Assembly (NCBI GenBank): GCA_963674735.2
Contig: CAXXQS010000002.1
Coordinates: 1,600,001-1,664,000, forward strand
Direction: 5' to 3'
Origin: Myxococcota bacterium
GTDB lineage: Bacteria > Myxococcota_A > SURF-8
Length of the DNA stretch: 64,000 nt
The position numbers and the translations under genes were made by a program. Under the pieces are notes generated by a model that searched no databases, was not told the DNA's origin, and saw only the letters and a program-made list of their open reading frames with translations. Shown here one piece after another: positions 48,716 to 57,000 of this stretch. The first letter of the stretch is position 1. The number at the start of each line of letters is the position of its first letter.

Positions 48716-49312
48716 TTACAGGGCATTCTTCTTCGGCGTCGGTTTGGGTAGAAGCGTCGGCAGCTTGGCGAACAGGGAATCGGCCTGTTGGCTGGCGAAC
48801 TCTCGCAACCCGACCGGCAGTTCTTCGTTGTCGGTGATCATGCGCAAGAAACCGTCATAGGCGATGACGGCTTTCGAATAATAGACGCCATTGTCATGGT
48901 CGACGTAGCGATCTTCGATGGCGGCGGCGCGGACGTTCATCTTGGTGAAGGCGCGGGTTGCCCGGCTGATCTGATCTTCCGCATCCGGTACGGCGGTAAC
49001 AGTTAGACGCTGCTGATAATCTTTCAGCAGGTTTTCCCCGAATAAATTGAACAATTTTGCAATTTTGGTTCGTGCTTGTCCATCCGCGTTGGTGCGCGCC
49101 ATGGTAGGCGATTTGATGCCGGAGACTTCTCCGATGCCGATCGCCAGGCGTCCGCGCTCGCTGTCTTCCAGAGTACCCGACAGGAACAGACACCATTCAG
49201 GCATTTGAGGTGGGGCCGGTCGGCGAAGCTCACGGGCGGAACAGCCCACCAGAATGAGGACGACCAACAGCCCGAGCAGCTCGATCTTCCATTTTCCACG
49301 AAAAGTCCACAT
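48716..49312 (-). CDS. LPP20-like lipoprotein
   Basis: Lipobox LVGC; PEW..., GIG...ARTNADGQARTKIA; start uncertain. Confidence 0.65.
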   Translation of the reverse strand: MWTFRGKWKIELLGLLVVLILVGCSARELRRPAPPQMPEWCLFLSGTLEDSERGRLAIGIGEVSGIKSPTMARTNADGQARTKIAKLFNLFGENLLKDYQQRLTVTAVPDAEDQISRATRAFTKMNVRAAAIEDRYVDHDNGVYYSKAVIAYDGFLRMITDNEELPVGLREFASQQADSLFAKLPTLLPKPTPKKNAL

Positions 49313-49331
49313 TGGCAGTTACTCCCGTTTT

Positions 49332-50213
49332 TTACTTTATGTCCGCATTTTCCGGGTCGGCATTCGTCATGTCGAGCCGCTTGTCCCCGGCTGCGTTTGG
49401 TGATCGTTTCTCAAGACTCTGAGCCGAGTATACCCTTTGCTCGCCTTCCCGCCAAGGGTCTCGCCGGTCTTTTTCTTCCGAGGGGGATGCCGTTTCGGTG
49501 GTGATGACGGAAATTCTTTTTTCTTTCAGCAAGTTAAGCCATTTTAAAATGCGAACGGAAGCTAAAGGGAGTAGCTTGAATGACGGACTTTCAGGGGCGG
49601 TCAACACCCCTGCCAGACGACCCCGGTCATCAAACAAGGGTGCTCCGAGAAAACCCGGCAGCGCCGGAAGCGTGTCCCCGGTCACTTTCAACATCGACCA
49701 GGGACCCAGATCGGCATGATAACCAAGCGCGCTTAAAGAAGAGGAAGGCTTCTCCTTTTCCAGCCTGAATGCAGGGGCCGCTTCATTGCGGCGTGGGCTG
49801 CGGACGAGCAAGATGGCCAGATCCATTTCCGGGTTCTCGTGCAGGATAAACGCATCGTAATGATGGGCGAAGTCCTGCTTGCGTTTTCCGGTGATCGATG
49901 GGGGTTTGGAGTAGACGATGATACGTTCGGCGGGGCGGTCGAGTTGTTGCATGCGAAGCAGGCTGCGGCTGGTCAGGACCAGTTCTTGTCGAGATAACCG
50001 TACTCCGGCACCCATTCGCACGCCTTCCTCGCCGCAAAAGGCGGCCAGCATGACGACGTTGGGAGCTGTGGCTCGATAGAGATGCGCCAATTCGGCGGGC
50101 GGAGTTTGCGGGTCGGCGGCCGAAAGCGAGTCTGCCGACAGCAAGGTGTGCAGCGTGGTAAGCCACAAGATGACACACAAACCCAACAGAGGACGAAAGG
50201 GAGAAAATCGCAT
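49332..50213 (-). CDS. Secreted trypsin-like (S1) domain protein, degenerate catalytic triad
   Basis: GAGV..LVLTSRSLL, DLAIL, ALGY, PGFLGAPLFDDRGRLAGV. Confidence 0.6.
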   Translation of the reverse strand: MRFSPFRPLLGLCVILWLTTLHTLLSADSLSAADPQTPPAELAHLYRATAPNVVMLAAFCGEEGVRMGAGVRLSRQELVLTSRSLLRMQQLDRPAERIIVYSKPPSITGKRKQDFAHHYDAFILHENPEMDLAILLVRSPRRNEAAPAFRLEKEKPSSSLSALGYHADLGPWSMLKVTGDTLPALPGFLGAPLFDDRGRLAGVLTAPESPSFKLLPLASVRILKWLNLLKEKRISVITTETASPSEEKDRRDPWREGEQRVYSAQSLEKRSPNAAGDKRLDMTNADPENADIK

Positions 50214-50427
50214 CTGAAGACGTCCTTTTATCCGTAATTATTGACCTTTACATGCTAGAAGGATGTCGGTTGTGAGTCAAGTTCTGAAATTCGATGATAA
50301 TCCCGGTTGGAATAAAGGGAAAAAAATGTTGGGGAAGTTCGGAATTATCTTGACAGTGAACCCACTTGCTGTTAATTACCGTATCCCGGTTGCCCGGTAG
50401 AGCTGCTGGGCGTTTGAGAGACAAAAC

Positions 50428-50503
50428 GGGCCGGTAGCTCAGCTGGTAGAGCAGCGGACTTTTAATCCGTCGGTCGGGCGTTCGAATCGCCCCCGGCTCA
50501 CCA
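50428..50503 (+). tRNA. tRNA-Lys(UUU)
   Basis: 76-nt cloverleaf GGGCCGG...CCGGCTC-A-CCA, anticodon loop CT-TTT-AA, T-loop TTCGAAT. Confidence 0.96.
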
Positions 50504-50528
50504 TTTTGTTCTTGTGAAAAGTAGTTTA

Positions 50529-50603
50529 GACCCCATCGTCTAGTGGTTAGGACACCGGCCTTTCACGCCGGCGGCGCGGGTTCAAGTCCCGCTGGGGTCG
50601 CCA
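50529..50603 (+). tRNA. tRNA-Glu(UUC), integration target
   Basis: GACCCCA...TGGGGTC-G-CCA, anticodon arm CCGGC-CTTTCAC-GCCGG, T-loop TTCAAGT. Confidence 0.96.
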
Positions 50604-50664
50604 ACTGTTCATAGCAGGCAGCATTTTCGGTTAACATACTGAAAATGCTGTTTGTTTTTTATGG
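50596..50664 (+). repeat. attL direct repeat (69 bp)
   Basis: GGTCGCCAACTGTTCATAGC...GTTTTTTATGG identical to 63234-63302. Confidence 0.95.
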
Positions 50665-52075
50665 TTCCAAATTTCTCGCCGTCGAAGTCGATCCCACCTG
50701 TGAATAGGAGTTCCTGAAGTTTCACCCTCTCATCAAACTCCAGTGCTTCCCACAACTTACCGGCATTCATGACGATACGCTCAGCGAAGTCCAACGCGGA
50801 GTCGATATCCATGGTTCCGGAGTTCAGGCGGCCAAGTTCCCGCTCCACCTGTTCGATCTCGGCATCCAGTTCGATCTTCTTACTCTGGTAGGAGTCGTGG
50901 TCGATCTCTTCCTCGATGCGCAGATCGACAAGGCGGCTTTTTTTCTTCTTCAACTTTCGTAGATTGGCTTGCAGCCGTTTCTTGTGCTCCGTCCCTTCCG
51001 ACATGCGCTCCCGGTAGACATCCTTTACGATCTCGCGGAAGAGCCTCATATACTCCATCCTGGGCTTGATGCGGTTGATCTGCTCCAGGAACAGTTCTTC
51101 CATATTCTCCTTGCGGATGTTGACGGCCTTGCACTTGGTGTTCCGACAACGGTAGTAGGCATACTTCTTCCCACGGCCCGTACTCCACGACCCCGTGAGC
51201 GGTGTGCCGCATTTGGCGCAGCGTGTGAAGCGCCGGAGAGGGAAATCTTTGTTGTTCCGGTGGTGGGGGACATTCTGGTACGTGCGACCGTCCAGGATGG
51301 CCTGTACTTTCCGAAACAGATCTTCGGGGACGATGGGCTTGAAGTCGCCCTCGGTATCGATCTGGAAGCTCTCCAGGATCACACGACCGGCATATAACGG
51401 ATTGCGGAGCATGCGCCCGAAGGTCTGTGGATTGAGCTTGCCGCCCTTGGGGCTTGTGAAGCCGAGGGCATTGATCTTGTCCACAACCTGCTGCTTGGAA
51501 TACATGCGTTTGGCGAACAACTCAAAGCCTTTGCGGACAAGGTCGGCACACTCTGGATCATGAATAAGGCTCGGTCCCCCCTTCTTCCCATTGATATAGC
51601 CAATGGGAGCCTGATGGACCCATCGGCCATTCATGGCGGCTTCGAGCATGCCGGTTTTGGTCCGGTCGGAACGTAGGTCGTTATCAAGCTGAGCAAAGGT
51701 GGCGGCCATGTTTTCCATAGCCTTCCCCATCGGGCTGTCGTCGATGGGTTCGGTCACGGATCGAAGGGTAATGCCGAAGCTAGCCAGCTTGGCCTTCACT
51801 GCATGATGATCTTTGGCTTGGCGTGCAAAGCGACTCAGTTGGTAGACGACCAGAACACTAATGCGGCCCTTCGCCTTGCCGCAGTAGTCCAGCATGCGAA
51901 GAAGGGAACGACGGTTGGCGGTCTTGGCCGATTCGCCCTCCTCTACGAAGACCTTGTCCACCTCGTACCCGTTGCGCTCGCAATATTCCCGGCATAGGCG
52001 TTCCTGGCTTGTTAGACTGAAGTTGTCCACCTGTTCCTTCGATGACACCCGGCAATAGATAACGGCTCGTTCCAT
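50609..52075 (-). CDS. Large serine recombinase (integrase)
   Basis: AVIYCRVSSKEQ catalytic Ser, LSRFAR, APIGY, LRNPLYAG recombinase domain, CAKCG...YYRCRNTKC Zn ribbon, coiled coil. Confidence 0.95.
   Translation of the reverse strand: MERAVIYCRVSSKEQVDNFSLTSQERLCREYCERNGYEVDKVFVEEGESAKTANRRSLLRMLDYCGKAKGRISVLVVYQLSRFARQAKDHHAVKAKLASFGITLRSVTEPIDDSPMGKAMENMAATFAQLDNDLRSDRTKTGMLEAAMNGRWVHQAPIGYINGKKGGPSLIHDPECADLVRKGFELFAKRMYSKQQVVDKINALGFTSPKGGKLNPQTFGRMLRNPLYAGRVILESFQIDTEGDFKPIVPEDLFRKVQAILDGRTYQNVPHHRNNKDFPLRRFTRCAKCGTPLTGSWSTGRGKKYAYYRCRNTKCKAVNIRKENMEELFLEQINRIKPRMEYMRLFREIVKDVYRERMSEGTEHKKRLQANLRKLKKKKSRLVDLRIEEEIDHDSYQSKKIELDAEIEQVERELGRLNSGTMDIDSALDFAERIVMNAGKLWEALEFDERVKLQELLFTGGIDFDGEKFGTIKNKQHFQYVNRKCCLL
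50618..50660 (+). terminator. Intrinsic terminator of tRNA operon, within att repeat
   Basis: CAGCATTTTC...GAAAATGCTG stem followed by TTTGTTTTTT; duplicated at 63256-63298. Confidence 0.75.
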
Positions 52076-52078
52076 GGG

Positions 52079-52399
52079 TCAGTTCCTCTGGCTCTCAATG
52101 TACTCGGTTATGGCCACCCGCTCCGCTTTTTCACGGCACATCCCCTTATCTTGTACCAGAGCGGCGGCGCGTTTTTCCACTTCCTCTTGCTCCTCCGGCG
52201 GCAGGCGTTTAAGAAACTCCTCAAATTCCTCGGATGCAACACCGACATCTACAGCATGATGCTGTTCGGTGTAAGCCGACACCACCACATGCGCCAGTTG
52301 ATACAGCGACTCCCGGATCTCGGTTAACTCTTCGTCCGAGACCGCCGCATCCGCTCCGAGGAGCTTTCTGCAACGATCAAGGCTAATAAGCATGACCAT
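52079..52399 (-). CDS. Small hypothetical protein coupled to integrase (candidate directionality factor)
   Basis: Abuts upstream HTH gene (TAAATG) and ends 3 bp before integrase ATG. Confidence 0.65.
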   Translation of the reverse strand: MVMLISLDRCRKLLGADAAVSDEELTEIRESLYQLAHVVVSAYTEQHHAVDVGVASEEFEEFLKRLPPEEQEEVEKRAAALVQDKGMCREKAERVAITEYIESQRN

Positions 52400-52624
52400 T
52401 TATTCATGCGCGCCTTGACCACGTAACCATTCCACCACATTGTCTCGGTAGAAGAGTATTCGACGACCAGCCCGGAAGTGGGGGATTTTTCCAGCAACAA
52501 CCATCGAGTACAACGTACGGGCATGAATGCCGAGATAATCAGCAAGCTGCTTCACAGACGAAACCTCGGGAAGTTGAGTGCTAGACTGGTTGTTCTGTTT
52601 GCTTTGTTTGGTGCTCATTTGCAT
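52400..52624 (-). CDS. Excisionase-like helix-turn-helix protein (HTH_17/MerR-like)
   Basis: SVKQLADYLGIHARTLYSMVVAGKIPHFRAGRRILF...VEWL; AAGGA RBS. Confidence 0.88.
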   Translation of the reverse strand: MQMSTKQSKQNNQSSTQLPEVSSVKQLADYLGIHARTLYSMVVAGKIPHFRAGRRILFYRDNVVEWLRGQGAHE

Positions 52625-52987
52625 GTCCTTCCTGGAACACCAATCCCCATCCCTTACCCCGGGTCGGGTGGCGTCCCATTCTGAACATGCTGAACATGCA
52701 GGTCATGGTCCCGAATTACATCCCCCAAGCTGAAAACAAACTACCAAGATTACACTAAATTGTCAAGCTATCGATTCTATACAATATAGTCCCCAGCGGT
52801 TCTAAGCACCTTCCTCCGATGTTTTTTTTTCGGAGCAACACGAATTTTCAGTGAAATCGGGCATAAGGTCGATAGCGAACGAGCATTTACGACCTAAAAA
52901 AGAGACTCGAAAGTCTCTTCGCCGCGATGGAGACAGGGGCGGCTGAGGAATGGAGGCAGGAACGGTGGCGGGAGATTGGTGGGGTTA

Positions 52988-53185
52988 TCACTTGAACCGT
53001 TGCAAGATCGACTTGACCAACACGCGGGCGGCGGTCGCGCAAACTTCAACCATCAGGCGCTCTAACAATTGCACATCGGGGTCCTCTCCTTGAAAATTGA
53101 GTTCCGCGTCTGGCTCATAGTAAGGGTTCGACTCGAACTCACCATCGGAAGCAGGCGCTGGAGCTTTTGCGGTCAGGCGATCCAT
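52988..53185 (-). CDS. Small hypothetical protein
   Basis: ATG 2 bp after upstream stop; 65 aa. Confidence 0.45.
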   Translation of the reverse strand: MDRLTAKAPAPASDGEFESNPYYEPDAELNFQGEDPDVQLLERLMVEVCATAARVLVKSILQRFK

Positions 53186-53187
53186 GC

Positions 53188-53844
53188 CTATGCCTTTACT
53201 GGGACCGGCAACTCCGCTGCTTCAGCCAGATCGAGGCCCAGATCCAGCAGACGGCGGCTGGTCTTACTGACGGAGCAACCGACCGCCCCGGCGGTTTCGG
53301 CGAGCGAATGACCGACCTGGCGCATGGCCAGCATCGTTTGATCGTTTTCGGCCTGTTCATCCATCCACCGGCCCAGGTCGAGGCCGGATACCAGGTGAGC
53401 TTCCACATTGCGCGTTGCTTCAAAACTGATCGTGTCGAGGTAGTTCTGGATGCCGTGTTCATTGCCGGTCTTATGCAGCCCCTCTTCGTCGTCACCGATG
53501 CCATCCAAACGCAGAATCTCTGTTTCGCCGAGGAAGTAACACAGCTCGTTCATAACATCTCTGCGACGACCGGTGCCACCCACCCAGCGATGCGTATAGT
53601 CGATGGCGCCCATCTTTGCCGCGTGGACCAGCAGGGCGTCGTCCACGATCTCGTCCTGTTCAGCCTTGCGGCGGTAGAAGTCCCAGGCTACGGCCACGCC
53701 TTCACCAAACCGATCGTCGGGATCGGGATGGTTCGTTACGTGGCGCTGGATGGGATGAAACATGCCCGCGTTGAATTTCGCGGTGAATGCCTCGTTTACT
53801 GCGCTTGGGGTTTGAAATGGTGAGTCCGTTCTTGCAAGTTCCAT
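53188..53844 (-). CDS. Divergent sigma70/ECF-like DNA-binding protein
   Basis: GGAGG RBS; region-2-like DPDDRFGEGVAVAW; C-terminal HTH GHSLAETAGAVGCSVSKTSRRL. Confidence 0.55.
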   Translation of the reverse strand: MELARTDSPFQTPSAVNEAFTAKFNAGMFHPIQRHVTNHPDPDDRFGEGVAVAWDFYRRKAEQDEIVDDALLVHAAKMGAIDYTHRWVGGTGRRRDVMNELCYFLGETEILRLDGIGDDEEGLHKTGNEHGIQNYLDTISFEATRNVEAHLVSGLDLGRWMDEQAENDQTMLAMRQVGHSLAETAGAVGCSVSKTSRRLLDLGLDLAEAAELPVPVKA

Positions 53845-54037
53845 CGTTTGCCTCCTGCCATGTTCAACGCACACGGAGGCCTTGCCCTGGCCCACGCGCG
53901 ACGTCGCCGCCTCTCGCGTGGGCGGTGGGGATGAATTTGCCTTCACAAAAAGAAATGGACATCAACTTACATCGATGCCCACATCTTTCTTATGACCGAT
54001 AATTGCTTAAAATTACTAACAGTTGTACTTAGGGCTT

Positions 54038-57000
54038 TCACCCATCCAGCACCTTCCGTACCATCTTGGCCAGATCTTGTGGCGTATAAGGTTTGCCGAT
54101 GAAGCTTAGACCTTCGTCCAACACACCATGATGGGCGATAACGTCCTCTGTATATCCGGATGTGTAAAGAACCTTCAGGTTCGGTATGATCGACTGGAGT
54201 TCTTCGGCCAATTCACGCCCGTTCATGCCGGGCATGACGATGTCGGTTACGAGCAGGTCTATTTCCAGATTCTCCTTCTTGACCTTGCTCAAAGCCATCG
54301 GACCGGAATCCGAACTATGGACTTTATAGCCTTGCCTTACAAGAATCTTGGTGGCGATGTTGCGCACCATACGCTCGTCTTCCACCAGAAGGACAGTTTC
54401 GCTCCCACTTGGAAGATCATCCATCTTGGTTTTTCTGGTAAGTGTTTCAGCTTTTTCCATGACAGCCGGGAAGGAAATGCGAAATATTGTCCCCTGGCCC
54501 GGTTCGGAATGGACTTCGATATGACCATCATGCTGCTTGACAATCCCGTAAACCATCGCCAGTCCCAAGCCGGTACCTTCGCCTTCTTTCTTTGTCGTGA
54601 AGAATGGATCGAATACCTTCTGCCGGGTGTCCTCATCCATACCCGCTCCATTGTCGGAGACGGTTAAAACAACATACTGGCCATGGGCAATCTTGGAGCA
54701 TGTTTCGCAACGCACATCCTCGAATGAAACATTGGCTGTCTCGATGGTCAGCTTGCCACCATTCGGCATAGCATCTCGCGCATTGACGGCCAGGTTTACC
54801 AAGATCTGTTCAAGTTGACCGGGATCGGCTTTGATGCGTCCCAGATCCCTTGTCGGAATGGTCATAAGTTCCAGATCTTCACCAATCAAGCGCCTTAACA
54901 TCTTGTGCATGTTGTCGATCAACTGATTCAGGTCGAGGACCTTCGGCTTGATGATTTGCTTGCGGCTAAATGCCAGAAGCTGGCGTGTCAGGCTTGCCGC
55001 GCTGTCCGCAGCTTGACCAATTTCCCCTAGTGATTCCAGCAGTGGGTCACCTGGAGAAAGATCCATCATGGCAAGGGACACATTACCTGTAATCCCGGTG
55101 AGCAGATTATTGAAATCATGAGCGACACCTCCGGCTAGACGGCCGACAGATTCCATTTTCTGGGATTGCTGAAGTTGCTCCTGTAGCCTTGCTTTCTCTT
55201 CCTCCGCTGCTTTCCGTTCCGTTATATCATCAATAATCCAGACAGCCCCAAGACTAAGGTCCGGCGGGGCAATGGCGCGACCATTGAACTGACACCATAC
55301 GGTGTGACCGTCCTTATGACGCAATGGATACTCCAATTGAACGATGTTGGTTTCACCGAGTCGCCAATAGTACTTCTCCCCGAATTCTTCAAAGTGCTTT
55401 TTAGAAAGATGGAGTTGTTCCGGTCCTTTGCCCTCCATTTCCTCCACCGAAAATCCCAGCATCTCCGCCATACGTGAATTGACTTTCGTGATGATCCTGT
55501 TGTGCAGCACCATGATGCCCACCATGCTGCTTTCCAGGATGGCGCTTTGCTCTTCGAGGTTGGATTTGAGTGATTGCTCGGCGAGTTTCAATTCAGAGAT
55601 GTCGGTATGCGTGCCAACCATTCGAATGGGTTTATCTTCCTTATCTCGTTCGACGACTTTTCCGCGACCGAGAATCCATTTCCATTCCCCGTTCTTCGTC
55701 TTCAGGCGAAACTCAACACCAAACGACTCTCTCTGGCTCTCAATATGCTGCTGGACGACCGATTGAGCATTATCTGCATCATCCGGGTTCAACAGGCTTT
55801 GCCATGTATCGAACGTCGACGGCAATTCTCCGGGTTCGTAACCCAACATCGTGAAATAGCGCGGACTGAAGTATACTTCCCCTGTCACAATATTCCAGTC
55901 CCACAGCCCATCAGCAGTGGCTGTGAGGGCGTATGACAATCTTTCCTCGCTGGCTCTAAGCGCCTCTTCAGCCCGCCTGCTCTCGGTAATATCCCTGAAT
56001 TCGACAGTCCTGACCTGTTTTCCTTTATATGGGATATTTCTGGCTTCAAGTCTTAAAGGATACTCTTCTCCATTCTTCCGCAAGCCGATAGCCTCATAAG
56101 GTTTTTCATACCCGGTCATGATTTTTTCCATGACCAATTCCCGTTTCGATTCGGCAATAAGCAACAGGCCATCCATGCCGATCAATTCATCCAGGGAGTA
56201 TCCGGTCATCTCGGACATGCCCTGATTGCACTCAAGAATTCTTCCCTTGTCGTGAATGGCAATACCACCGAATGAAGCATTGTGGAGGGATCGAAAACGC
56301 TCTTCGCTCTCTTGTAGAGCATTTTCCGCCTCTTTACGATCCGTGATCTCGCGATTTACCCCAATGATACCGATTGCCTCCCCTTGATCATCGCGCAGGA
56401 AAGAAACCGTTGACTCTACCGGATAGGTGGTGCCATCGGAACGATACATGTCAAGTTCGATGGTTATGGCGGTTGATGGATCAAGCTCCCCCGCCCGTTC
56501 TGATTGTAAATACTGCTGAAGTCTGTCCAATGAAAGCGCGACGGATTCCGGCGTCATGCTTTCCTGCAATGGCTGGTTCAGTTTTTCTTCTACGGAAAAC
56601 CCGCTTTGCTTCTTGATGGAAGGGCTGATGTAAGTGAGATTCAGGTCCAAATCACGAATCCATATGACATCGGAGATGTTGTCGGCCAGCAAACGATATT
56701 TCTTTTCACTTTCCACTATCGCTTTTTGACTGAGTTTCTGATCCGTGATGTCGAAGTTGACACCGATCATGCGAACGGACTGACCTTTCTCCTCTTTGAC
56801 AACCGCTGCATAGGCTTTTATATATTTTACCGTCTCATCAGGCCAGACTACCCGGAATTCAGATTCGAAATTTTCACCCGTTCGAATGGAGTCTTCCACC
56901 TCTCGACTTGCCCGCTCCACATCATCAGGATGAACTCCTTGTAGCCATGTTTCGTAGGCACCGCCAAAACCACTAGGACGGAGACCGTACAACTCGAACA

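Noticed and set aside
50629-50645. dif/XerD-like TATGTTAA in the att hairpin loop
   Set aside because: Only a partial half-site with no XerC arm; the element has its own recombinase
50632-50661. Classical -1 frameshift at A AAA AAC extending the integrase
   Set aside because: The -1 frame stops almost at once (KQTAFSVC*); only the +1 frame reaches the alternative tails
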